Below, piece after piece: positions 11,898-24,205 of a DNA stretch of 34,372 nucleotides. The notes under the pieces were generated by a model, which saw only the letters and a list, made by a program, of their open reading frames with translations, ran no database searches and was not told where the DNA came from. Made by a program: the position numbers and the translations under genes. Positions within the stretch are counted from its first letter, which is position 1, and the number at the start of each line of letters is the position of its first letter. The DNA comes from Dirinaria sp. TL-2023a (lineage: Eukaryota). Location: positions 1 through 34,372 of the forward strand of contig JAVEBF010000072.1 in assembly GCA_051941275.1 (NCBI GenBank), read 5' to 3'.

Positions 11898-12509
11898 GTC
11901 TTAAAAAGCTCTTGAACAAAGAGCAGCTACACATGGATAATGACAAAAGAGTTGTGGAGTCTGGGGAATTGTGTAGTCGCGTGGTCTGAATTGCTGGGCT
12001 TGCAGTCGGCCAACGGAGCTTCAACCAGGATCCGATGAATGGGAGGCAGCAGGATTATTGTGACCTGCAGCAAGAAGAACAGTATTCAGGGTCATAATTA
12101 TAGTGAATCAGGAACCGAGTGGTTTTTGCTGAAGTCAGCCGAGGAGGATCAGCAGCTGAGCTGAAGCCAGATGCCAGATGGTAAAACAAGCCAGCAGGCA
12201 CTGCCTATGCCTATGCCTTTGCATAGCATTATTAGCACAACTACTAGAGTTGATTTTTTGTCGGCGATGCTTAAGTCCGAGACCCCGACACTCAGCCCTG
12301 CGAGCTTGGCATGCTTAGTAATCAAAATATCGTAAGGTAATTTCGCAAAGTATGCCTGTTACAGTACCGGAGCTCGATCTAGGTAGTCCACCAACCACAT
12401 GATACCAGTGCAATCTGATCTTCATGATCGCTAAGAGGAATAAGGCTGTGCTTTTGGTTTCACACCAATCCGGGGCTTCATTTGTCAATGTGGGATCCAA
12501 GAGACCGCC

Positions 12510-15227
12510 ATGAGTTCTCGTCAGTCCGCATCATGAGCTGCCCCGGTGCACAAACTCACTAGCTGCAGTCAAGCAATTCATTCGAAGTGTCCGAGCTTCC
12601 AAAACTATTGCCGATGAGCGAGCTGTCGTCCAAAAGGAGAGCGCCGCTATCAGAGCAAGCTTCAGGGAAGAAAGTGGAGATGCCAATATAAGGTCCGCGA
12701 GTTTTTAGGCGAGCCCAGAGTACCGAACTCATATTCTACCTAGGAGAAACAACGTTGCAAAACTTCTATACCTCTTTACACTCGGCGAGAGAACGCACTT
12801 CGGCCAGATAGAATGCCTCAAATTACTCGCTTCGCCGCGGTTCGCGGACAAAAGGTTGGGCTACCTGGGGACGATGCTGCTGCTAGACGAAAACCAGGAG
12901 GTCTTAACTCTTGTCACAAATTCCTTGAAGAAGTATGTCGGGCAGACCAAAATTGCAAAGGTCATGCTAATAGACCTGCTTAGTGATCTCAACCACTCCA
13001 ATCAGTACGTCGTAGGGCTGGCTCTCTGCACGCTCGGAAACATTGCCTCAATCGAAATGTCGAGAGACCTCTTCCCTGAGATCGAAAATCTTCTGTCTAC
13101 AGCGAACCCTTACATACGCCGAAAAGCTGCTTTATGTGCAATGCGGATCTGCCGCAAAGTGCCCGATCTTCAGGAACACTTTTTAGAGAAAGCTAAGGTT
13201 CTCCTCTCGGACCGAAATCATGGTGTCATGCTATGCGGACTTACACTAGTCACGAGCATGTGTGAGGCGGAGGAAACTGAAGGAGGCGAAGAAATCTTGG
13301 AGATGTTTAGGACCCTCACCCCCGTATTAGTGAGAACACTTAAAGGGTTGGCTAGCTCGGGATATGCGCCGGAGCACGATGTCACGGGCATCACAGACCC
13401 CTTTCTTCAAGTCAAGATTCTGAGGTTGCTTCGAGTCCTGGGACGTGGCGATGCTCGAACGAGCGAGCAAATCAATGATATTCTAGCGCAAGTTGCCACT
13501 AATACAGACTCCTCCAAGAACGTTGGTAATTCAATTCTGTACGAATCAGTATTGACCATTCTGGACATTGAAGCAGACTCAGGTCTACGGGTACTAGGTG
13601 TGAACATTCTCGGCAAGTTCTTGACAAACAAGGACAACAACATCCGATACGTGGCATTGAACACACTGATCAAGGTTGTCGCTGTGGAGCCGAACGCTGT
13701 GCAGAGGCATCGGAATACCATCCTGGAATGCTTGCGAGACCCAGACATAAGCATAAGACGAAGAGCTCTTGACTTAAGCTTTACGTTGATTAACGAGGGC
13801 AATGTCCGGGTCCTCATCCGCGAACTACTTGCATTTTTGGAGGTAGCTGACAATGAGTTTAAACCAATCATGACGAGCCAAATTGGTGTTGCAGCTGATC
13901 GGTTTGCTCCTAATAAGAGATGGCACGTGGATACCATGCTTCGAGTGCTGAAGCTTGCCGGCAACTACGTCAAGGAGCAAATCCTATCGTCCTTCGTCCG
14001 GTTAATAGCAACTACCCCGGATCTCCAAACATACTCTGTCCAGAAGCTCTATGCAGGTCTGAAGGATGATATAACTCAGGAAGGATTGACTTTAGCCGCT
14101 ACATGGGTCATCGGAGAGTACGGTGATGCATTAATACGTGGCGGTCAGTATGAGGAGGAGGAATTAGTGAGGCCAGTGCATGAAAGTGATATTGTCGATC
14201 TTTTCACTACAATCCTGAACAGCAGCTACGCGACCCAGATTGTCGTCGAGTATATTGTCACTTCTGCAATGAAGCTCACCGCTCGGCTCAGTGACCCTGC
14301 TCAGATTGACAGAATACGTCGCCTGCTATCACAAAGGACAGCGGATCTCAGTATTGAAATCCAGCAACGTTCTGTCGAGTATGGGAATCTCTTTGGCTAT
14401 GACGAGATCCGACGTGGTGTCCTTGAGCGCATGCCACCACCAGAAATTCGAGAAGAACAGCGTGTACTGGGTGAAGCTACTCCCAAGCAAAAGAAAGCGG
14501 CCGCAAGAGCGAAGAAACCTAGCAAGCAAACCGAACAGGATATGCTACTTGATCTCATGGGTGGTTCAGACCTCCCGGCTGTCGACATGAGCGCAACCAT
14601 GAATGGAAATCAGAATAACGCCGATCTCTTGGCCGATATCTTGGGCGGCGGTACATCTGTCTCTACAGAACCCTCTCAAGCTCCTTCATCTAACAACAAT
14701 GCATCCATAATGGATCTGTTTTCATCAAATACCCCATCCAAAAACATTACCTCTCCTCCGCCCCAACAGTCATTTCTTTCAGTCGATATGCTGGATGGTC
14801 TATCATCACAGCCTTCTCAGTCATCAACTCAAGCACACGCCGCTTACAATAAAAACTCTCTTAATCTAACCCTATCCATACAAAGAAACGCCGGACAGGC
14901 CCAGATCTTGGCGCGCTTCAGAAATGAGACGAACTTTGATCGTTTTACAGGCGTGGGTCTGCAAGCTGCTGTGCCGAAGAGCCAGAAGCTACAACTACAG
15001 GCAATCAGTAAAGCTGAGTTGGATGCGGGTGAGGAAGCAACACAAGGCATGAGGGTTGCTGGCGTATCCGGAGTGAGTGATCTGTTCTCTGTCCATTATC
15101 ATCAGGACTATCCTAACAGTATTCGAAGGCTTTACCGGCTAAACTCAGGTTACGGCTCAAGGTGAGTTATACAAAGGACGGCATGGCACCTATTACCGAC
15201 CAGGTAGATTGGTCGGAGCCTACTTAA
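12510..15227 (+). CDS. APL4: AP-1 adaptor complex gamma subunit; exons 12510-12519, 12569-12692, 12744-12932, 12984-15072, 15129-15227
   Basis: Spliced N-terminus MSSLKQFIRSVRASKTIADERAVVQKESAAIR; adaptin trunk (GQIECLKL, LLLDENQEVLTLVTNSLKNDL, PEHDVTGITDPFLQ); hinge and gamma-ear (LQAAVPKSQKLQL). Confidence 0.96.
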
Positions 15228-16561
15228 AATTCAAGATTCATTCAATGGTAAATGCTTCAATTTGCACCAAATCGATCGAGGCGAGAGTGTGAGAATCGCA
15301 GCTATTTGTCTTGCCGCCCGCACTCAAAAACGGTGACGTACTTCTATCCGCAAATAAACGCTCTTCTTCGGGCTTCTATTTCTCTATGCAATGATGGCTC
15401 AAGGGGGCACCCACACCTGAGCCAAAGCCCCTCACGAGCAAATGATCCCGGGAGAAAACAGCAAAGAACAATTTGCTAATATCCACCGTCGGTAGACCTT
15501 TTAGAGGCTCTCCACTCTATAACTTCACATAAGCGATAAAATGTTCATGCAGTGGCAAGCATGAGTGCTCATTCTATGATCTTTCATCTGAGAATAAGCA
15601 CAATTGATTCTTTTCCTTTTCCTCTTCTTCCTAATATCAATACAGTTCTAATCATCCTCCTATTTGGAGGTGGCTCTTCATGGCTAGAGAGGTTCCTTGT
15701 TAGCTCGCTGATACATTTGATCATACGTACTTTATTCATAAATAATGCGTGTTGACATGCTTGGTAAATCCCTGTAATGGAAAGCCTGAAGCCTGGCGGG
15801 CAAGGACATAAGATAAGAGTTGGAAGGTTATGTGCAAGAACTTTTGTGCCCTATGGCCCTGTTTTGAAGACATAAGGCGTGGATGAAGATGATGTGCCTC
15901 ATCCTCAACGCCAAACCAACACCAACAACAAACTTCCATCCAGTATCCACTGCAGTCTGCATCTCTCCCTAAGCAGCCAAGATCCTATCAATCAAAGATC
16001 TATTCATACGTATTATTCAAGGAACGTAATTCACAGGGCCCCTCTCCCCCCCCTCAATCAAACCAAATCAAATGAATCAAAAATGAAGAACGAATACTGA
16101 ATAGTCTAACCCCCCACCCCTTCCTTTCCACTCTTTCACATCACCTGACTAGGCTGGCTCTTCTTGGACTATATCCCATGTCTGAGACAAATATTCAGTA
16201 TCTCGTGGGCATCTTTCTGAGGTGAGGTGTCGACTAAAGACCACTTTATCGGTTTTCAAACACGTTTGTCAGGTAGCTGAAGGAAGATAAGAAGGTTATG
16301 GCAGTGTGGTAGTGAGAAAAGGTAAGGACGGGAGAGAAAACAAAAAAAGAAAAGCTCAGGAAACGAGGATACCTACTCACGCACGCTTGCCTGGAGGGGG
16401 CATGGGGTATTTTGCTATTACAAATGATGATTGAAATTTGTTTCTATATATTATCGAAGCTAATATATGGTTCCGCTGCCTTAGCACCCACACAAAAAAA
16501 AATTAATTCAAGTCAGTTCAGGAAAATATAACCACCTGCAAGGCATATTCAATCCCCCCTC

Positions 16562-16583
16562 TTTTTTTTTTTTTTTTTTTTTT
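16562..16583 (+). repeat. Poly-T tract (T22)
   Basis: Directly visible homopolymer. Confidence 0.85.
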
Positions 16584-17294
16584 GTTGGGTTGAAACAAGG
16601 CATTCATATTCAGATTGAAAATCATATATGAATTTAATATTGTTTTTTTCTCAGCATCAAACTACATATACATGTCCCCCGCCGCCCCCTTTTCTTTTTT
16701 TGTCCACAGTTTTTATCACATCCCACATCTTCCGTATCCGTATCCGAATTCAAAGCCAAAGCGCGACACGGGTAGTACAGTACATGTTCTACGACCATCT
16801 GCATGCTCACTCACTAAGCAACCCACTCCCCAACTCAAGCCTGGCGCGTAAGAACCGCCATGAACGATCCGTCCTCAGAACTGAAAAAAGAGTGGGCAGA
16901 TATCGACGACACGAAACCGAAGTACAATACCTCCCTCTACCCCGGCGGGAAAATCCGTACCCGGGCAACCTTGATTGATATTTGATTACCAGCGAGATGC
17001 CGACTTTAGGAGATGAAGGATCCGAATTGTGCCTGATTTGAGATTGGGTAATTTTGGAAGCAAGGTTTCGTGCTGGGATACGGATTTCATCGGGATTAGT
17101 GGAAGGATTTCATCATGAGCAGTCGAAGGGGAAGGGGAAGTTCTTCCTTGACAAATCTGGGCTCGGCGCACCAGAGTAGAATGAGATTCAGGGGATATGG
17201 AAGGGAATAAGGCGTGTATCATCGGCGGAGGAGAGAGTTTTGAGCATTCTTTTCTTCCTGCTTGGATTGTAAATCTTACATACCACACACTATC

Positions 17295-17313
17295 TTTTTT
17301 TTTTTTTTTTTTT
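17295..17313 (+). repeat. Poly-T tract (T19)
   Basis: Directly visible homopolymer. Confidence 0.85.
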
Positions 17314-17595
17314 CTTGTTTGGTTTAGCTAGGTATATATATGCCGTGAGACAATATTCTTGAAGAGACTTAAAAAAAGAAATGAGACAAAAGACCTCTCA
17401 ACCGGCCCCATGAGTGTGATAAATAAATCCCATCACGTCTCCATTCTTATCAGGTCCTTGACTTTGGCTGGATCAGTTTACCATGGTCGCAGCCTTGGAT
17501 TATACCAAAAAAAACCAAACTAAACCAAGTCCGCGGCATGGCTGCCTATCTCACTACTATTGTCCTCGGTCCTAAGAATTTTGGGGCGGAAAAGC

Positions 17596-20500
17596 TTAGT
17601 ACTGCCCTGTTATATCCGTGGTGCCGAACAGAGGCACCGAGCTGTTACTGACATCCAGAACTCCCATGTTCTGCAGATCCTGCTGATTCAGCGCTGGTGG
17701 CTGGCTTCCTGGCCATTTCCATAGACTGTCAAAGTCCAGATGCTCTTCCGCGCCGGAGGAAGAGTCCTCCGAGCCCGTGGGGAAGATGCTCGCATCCAGG
17801 TCAAGCAAACCTGACAATTGGCCATTACTGTAGGAAGCAGAAGACGATGGGACAGCTGGATCGATGCTCGCTGTCCCTGGAGCCGCCGCTGCAAGTGCTA
17901 CTCCTCCTGGAGGAGTTTTAGTCTGGGGCATCACCGGATTCACGGCTGTTGGAAGACCTTGTGGCGTTGAAAGGTTGAGAGGCGATTCTGGGGCCTTGTA
18001 TGACTCCCTGGATAATTTGTCCCGTTCGCTGGATGGCGGTTCCTGTTGTCGGCTATGATTGATACTAGGAGTTAGAGGCGGCTGGATCTGTGTTGTTGAC
18101 CTTGATGTTGGTGGATGCCCGCCTTCCCGCCGTCCAGAAACAACGTCGCCTAGGTCCGCGAAGATTTGAAGCATCTTGGCTGCTTGTGTATCGCTCTGAG
18201 CACAATACGACAGAAGCGTGGTGGCGTCTTCAATAAACCGATCAGCCGCGGCATGGGTCGTTCGCGGGACGAATTTTCCAGAGAGAATGACGAGGGCGGC
18301 GGAGAACAACGAGAAGATAATAAACGGATTCTGCCGAGGTAGATAGCCGCCGTCATACGCGTTTTTAACAAGGGCGATTGAATGTAAAGCAGCTATTGTG
18401 CAGGCTTCCGAATAAACCTCCATTTTTCTGTGGGGGCATCGGGATACTTGATCAGAACCTAGGTAGGTACGCTGCATCTCGGTACTCAGGAGGTATGTGA
18501 AGAATGGACGCGTGAAAAGAAGTACGGAGTAGCAATATAGCGTATTGACGTGGAGTATGGCCATTGCTTGCCGTCGATCCTTAGGAGTTGCTTGCCTCCA
18601 GTGAAGCGAACGCGGCAGCCTCTTCGGCCATTCTTTGCACAAATCTCCAATTTCCCTTGCCACCTTGGTAGACACGTTGCGTTGCTGGTAAATCCTTTTG
18701 AGAACTATGGTCATAAAATGACAGCCTCTAACTCCTGCCTCCAGTCCACTGCTGATATCTTTCAACTGCCCTCGAGATGGATCAGGCGAGCCTGGGGCCG
18801 GGTCGAGAGCATCTCCAGAGCAGTCTTCTTGTGCAATAGCCGTCGGACGTCCCAAAGAGATTGTAAGAAACCGATCCATGATGTACAACGATCGCCACAC
18901 CTGCCGCCTGATGTCACGTTCTGCAGCTGAAAAGATAACCAGCGCTTCTTCGCGGTGTAGTCCCAAGGAATAAGCAGTCCGCACAGCCATACCTTGAGTC
19001 AGGTTAGCGAGATTGCATCAACTTGTAGAGACAGCGCGTACCGAGATAAGTATACGCTGTATTCCTTTTCGAACGACACAACATGTACAGCGTAACCAAC
19101 ATCAAGGCTTGTACAGTCCAGAAGTCCGCATTTTCGAGAGCGAGAACTGGGTCACTCAGTTGCCGTGCGTTATGATAGAACGCGTCCGACTGATTCGGTT
19201 GCTTTCTACGTAAATTTTCAATGATGACGGCCTCGGGACTGCCCGCAAAGGGTGTTGCTAGGACGAGCCCGATGGCTAGCACTAAATTGAGCAGGCATAG
19301 CCACGACCGGTTTGCAGATAGGGGATCAGAGTAGCACTGATCTATAGCCTCGAGGAATTTCTGCTCGTCAAAAATTTCACAGGCGCCTTGCGTCTAATGA
19401 AGGCTCAGCTGTCATTCGAGCAGAATGGGGAAGCAAACCTGCATTATCAAAGAAGCAATTAACGACTATAAGACAGGTTTTCTTGTCGGGGAGTAGATGG
19501 GTATTTTTGGTCTCCGAGGGCAGTGACAGTTCATTCTCCGTGAGCATGTGCCGATATGGGTCATTGGTGAAGGCAGATTGGCCTGTAGTTGTTTCGGCCA
19601 TCATCCGTATCAATTGTAAGAACGAAAGCGTTGCTGTATCGCCAAAATATACTTTTACAAGGTCAGCATGTTTCAGATCGTATGGAAAGCTCTATGGTTT
19701 CGAATATATGACGCGATAGACTAGAGGAAGACAGTCGCAGCAGTGAAAGCACAGCTCTTGCACTTGATTGCAAATATAAAGAGAATGATCAGTACAGTAT
19801 GTAGTTTTCGGGTATGGAGGGCGTGAATTGGCAAAATGAGCAAATTAGACTTTCTACCAATGTTGCCATAGCTGTTTAAAATATAGACTCCTTTGAGTTA
19901 TAGAAGGTAATTTTACACTGCCACAATCAGGGAAATTAATGTCTGCGCAGATCAGACTTACATAGACGACCTTTAGGGTCAAGAAGCATTCGAGTTATCG
20001 GCTGATTCTCTGCTTCCTCATCACCGTCGCTGCGTACGGTGAGTAAAGACGCGCTTTTGCGACGTGACCGCCTCGTTGACTGGACTGAAGATGTATCGGA
20101 TCCATTGTCGATTGCAGACGCATCGCTGCTCTTTTGTTGAAAGCCAAGATTTCGCACCCTTTGTTTGGAAGGTCGCGAATCCTCGTCCAGTTCTGACGTA
20201 GGCCCTCGTTTTTTTGCATTGGACGAGCTGGGGGAGCTAGGGGCGACGCCATGATGGGTGGTAAAGTATGTGCAGCTGAATTGCCGTTTAGTGCAAGCTG
20301 AGGTATATCAGCCATAGTAACGAGAATACAGGAACTTGCTCATTGCATAAAGCGCCTGTATTGAAAGGAGCGTGGGACGGGGTGGCATACTGTTACAGGG
20401 ACACTGGCCGTTACACTGAACCGGTTAGTATGCGTTGGCGCAAAAGCACTGGCTGCGAATGCATCTCTCACCAATCGGTGAAAATATTCGGTTTCTGAGC

Positions 20501-20677
20501 ATTGCAGCAGATACACATACATTATGGGCCCGACAAAGCGTGACGTGAAGAGATGAGACAGTGAAGAAGCTAAGTGATAGATTGATAAGACGATACCTTC
20601 TGCTTTCTCTTCTTACAGCTATCGCAAGCCTGGGCGGTCCTCTTCCTCTTGTCGTTTTCCACCTTGTGTCGCGTCAT
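17596..20677 (-). CDS. Zn(II)2Cys6 transcription factor with Fungal_trans (PF04082-like) domain; exons 20677-20597, 20415-20391, 20297-19962, 19651-19443, 19393-19042, 18992-17596
   Basis: Spliced N-terminus MTRHKVENDKRKRTAQACDSCKKRKQK|CNGQCPCNT|CTKRQFSCTY is a complete Zn2Cys6 cluster; GRLLYFGDTATLSFLQ; VQALML; GMAVRTAYSLGLHRE; RRQVWRSLYIMDRFLTISLGRP. Intron 19394-19442 needs a GC donor. Confidence 0.9.
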
Positions 20678-21195
20678 AATGCATCATTCTCTTACTACAA
20701 GCATACGCATACATATTCCTTGGTGGGAGAGTGATGAGCCGCGCGTTCTACTTATCAAGTACGGCTTAGAAGAGGTGATCGTATTTGCTTACCTCAGACA
20801 TCTTGATTTCGGGCCGAGCCAGACCCGAGGGATCGCTGTAGTCTCGGCTGCCAAGAAATGTATTTATCTACTCTAGCCGAGTGGAAAACATTCCTCGATC
20901 CATTGGGCAACAACTCGGTGCGGCTACAGATCTGAAGCACGAAACCGTCACTGCAACAACTGAAGACCACAGTATTACGTCTTCAAAGATTCAATTGACA
21001 CCAATATATATGAGCTTCTGCACCATAGACTGAGCTGTACAGAAAACGTGCGGAACACGAAAATGCTTATGGCTGAAGAATTCGCCGAGTAGCAGCATCT
21101 ACTGGGCCATACGCCAACGTGGTGTTTCGTGGTCGGCAGAGTCTATATTCTTACACGAACCGACTAATTTGCTGTATGCTTCAATTATTGAAAAT

Positions 21196-22105
21196 ATGCT
21201 CACTAACGTCGTCGAAGTATCAGAGGAAGTAGACGCCTCAGTTGAAGACATATTTGATTCAGCTATCGATACAATCTTTCCTGACGAGACACGCAATTGC
21301 CATGGCTACGTCAGCTCGCAAATCACCTACAAATCGCGACGGTTCGGCGATGTGAGGCTTGAATTAGCAGATCCGCGTAGTGAAGATGGGCGTAAGCTAT
21401 TCGCTCACTACGTTTGGAATGCTGCATTGCTGATAGCTGAACTCATTGGTGGCACGGAGGAAGGGTCTGCTTCTAACGGGGTCGATTGGAACGTGGATGG
21501 AGAGCGAATCATCGAATTAGGCGCTGGTCAGTGACCAGACCGTTCAAGAATGGCAAGTATATTGGAATTCATTTGTGGTAGGTACAGGTCTGGCAGGATT
21601 GATCGCTGCGCAAGCTGGAGCGAATAAGGTGGTGATTTCGGACTTTCCAAGCCCCGAAATTCTAGGGGCTATCAAGGAGAATGTCAAGAAGAATATCTCC
21701 AAAGAAGTGCAAAAGCGTGTCACCGTTCAAGCACACCAGTGGGGCGTCCTGGAAGATCAATTTTCCAAGGCACATCCGAATGACTTCACCCGGGTCCTGT
21801 CGGCGGACTGTCTTTGGATGACTGGAGAACACCTGAATCTTGCCCGGTCAATGCTCCATTTCCTAGCCCACAGTGACAGTGCTCGGGTTTGGGTTACAGC
21901 AGGCTTCCATACGGGCAGGTCCATTGTTGCGCAGTTTTTTGATGTCGCTGTGGATGCAGGCCTGGCCATCGAGAAGATATGGGAGCAGGACGTACATGGC
22001 AATGAGCGAGTTTGGACAAAGCAGCCAGCTAGCAAGACTGAGAACGCAACAGAATTGAAAAGATGGCTGGTAATTGCCATCCTTCGGCGGAACTCGGATC
22101 AGTGA
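21196..22105 (+). CDS. SAM-dependent methyltransferase, Methyltransf_16 family (Nnt1/Efm7-like, often annotated nicotinamide N-methyltransferase); exons 21196-21526, 21582-22105
   Basis: LFAHYVWNAA, motif I IIELGA|GTGL restored by removing intron 21527-21581, VVISDFP, HQWG, LSADCLW, AGFHTGR. True Efm7 orthologue versus paralogue cannot be decided here. Confidence 0.85.
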
Positions 22106-22137
22106 TGGAAGCTTCCAAGACGCGTTCTTGAAGAGGG

Positions 22138-22857
22138 CTATCGCTTTCTTTTATGGAAGCAAATACTCGAAATTGACTGTCCCGTCTGGCCGCCGAAGTG
22201 GAAGACAGGGTATTGTATTTGGCCATGGTAGTCCAATGACCCGCTTTCAAACCAATTTCTCAGCTCCTGCTCTGTCCAGTTGCACGTCGTTACGAGCAGA
22301 AAACCGCCATCCCTTACCAACCGCTCCACCTTTCGCACATATAATTTTTCGACCTCCATCTGGCCACTCAGGCTTACAGCATCGAATGTCCCCTTGTCGA
22401 GAACCACGTCGAACTGTCCAGGTTCTGGTGTATCGCTCAGCACGTCCCACGTTTCGAAACTTATTCCATCATCCAAATTTCTAGCGTTTGCGACACCTCT
22501 CGCAAGCTCTACGCTATTTGGGCTATAATCTACACCCAGCATATTGCCCGTGAAATTCCCCTCCTCCCTGAGAAGGAACAGCATCTCGCCATTCCCGGTC
22601 CCTAAGTCGAGGAATGTTGTGTCGCGTTCCAGTGCCAACGTTGGAGAATTGAGATAAGCCAGGATCTTCTCGGGCGCTGAACATTCCGAGAACCAGATGG
22701 TGCCTGTATCCTCAGGATGCAAAGCATGATTCTTGAGTTCCGTGCTATAAGCCCCATCCCAACTGAAGTGGGAAGAATCAGCCTATAGGTATGTTAGCGG
22801 TAAATGGGGAGGCACCCACTAGTCCTTTGTGCCTAAATCACTTTTCGGAACGTCCAT
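22138..22857 (-). CDS. EFM4: Protein-lysine N-methyltransferase Efm4/See1 (METTL10/EEF1AKMT2 family); exons 22857-22820, 22762-22138
   Basis: SDLGTKDY|WD after removing intron 22763-22819; DTGTIWF, FLDLGTGNG, GVDYS, VLDKGTFDAVSL, TTCNWTEQEL, YPVFHFGGQTG. Confidence 0.92.
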
Positions 22858-24205
22858 TTTTTCTGTTACAAAATTCTTTGGGTGTACTGCAGTTGGGTCA
22901 TGTGACACAGATACCCGAGTCGAGTACAGAGATAGTAGGAGCGAAGGCGCAGCGAAGTCGGAAATATACCGGCCAGCGAATGATTAATCTCACCATTTGT
23001 CGATCAGAGTGAATGGCAACTTGGCAAGAGTGGGAGAGTGGGAGAGTGGCTCGAGTGATAGAGTAGGTGTTGGACTAAACTCCAATTGGTTTAGCGTTTA
23101 CCGGCTAGGGTCAGGCAGCCTCTGATCGAAGACTCCAAAGACTATATGTACCTGTAAAAAGCAAAGTAGTAGGTCCAATCTCCCTCCTGTCCACCTTGTA
23201 TCCATTACCATTGCTCCCCCCCCCCCTTCTCTTGCTATTTACTGCTGCCTGTGCCTTGTGCAGAAAGCTGCTATCGCTCAAACATCCTATCAGAATGCAA
23301 TCTTAGAAACATCAATACTGCGCTGGGCTCGTCGGGGCGGGTGCATTTTCATCCACCCAGAGCACAGCTACTGTAAGGATGGGAATACTCACCACTATGC
23401 CATAGCTCGGAAAAAAGGTGTTCCAAAATCTGTTCCACATCTCGAATTCGAAAATAATGGCTCCTTTTACACGATTGCATTTCCTCCACTTTCGCACAGT
23501 TTTAGCGCATTTGAGTAATGCTTGATTGGCAGACTGAGCCCAGGAGGGCGTGCTTGTCAGCTGTGCCCATTCGCGGAAGAGTTGAGGCCGTATCCAGAAG
23601 CGCTGCTCCCATGGCTTGACATCGAATAAAAATGCGGTGTGACTGCAACTTGCAAGCCTCCAACCCACCTTTAGCCGGACATTAGCAAAAGCCAAGCTTT
23701 CTCGACCAATCTTTCAAATTTCCGGCTCATAATAATGTGGTTTCACGCACTGTTTACTTATCTAAGTCCCGGTGGTGGTGTTATTACTCAATGCTGCTCT
23801 AATTCCAGCCTTGCTGAGGCTGCTGTCCATGCGATTGTACATTCGCCAACCATTGGACGCTTGCCATGGGCTTGCCAAGGAGCTGCCCCGAGACTCAATC
23901 GAGACACGAGGATGGTCCAACCACCGCTGCTGCGCGGTCAGATTCGTGAGCGTCTAGAATCGTCTAGAATCTTGAGAGCCCAGTACCAAGCCATCACGAT
24001 CTGCCCCGCATGATGCCTACTAGGCTCCTCACAGTAATACCTCGTCGGCTGAGCTCATGTTATACTCACGGGAGAGCCAACAGCATTTCAACAATGTGTC
24101 GCTTGGCTACTTTCTCTGGTCTTCAGTACTCCCATTTTTTCAGACTCAGCTTTGAGTACACTTGAGGGGTTTCTGATTACGAAAGTCAACACCGTGCATC
24201 CATAG

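Noticed and set aside
13407..13964. 185-aa antisense ORF inside AP-1 gamma (and similar antisense or alternative-frame ORFs in other genes)
   Set aside because: Shadow ORFs expected from the codon structure of the real genes.
20416..20596. Stwintron (intron nested within a splice signal) in the long Zn2Cys6 introns
   Set aside because: Removing any internal GT..AG segment did not reconstitute a donor, branch point or acceptor.
23258..24013. ORFs 23312-23695 (-), 23258-23518 (+), 23735-24013 (+)
   Set aside because: No family motifs or convincing exon structure; likely intergenic.
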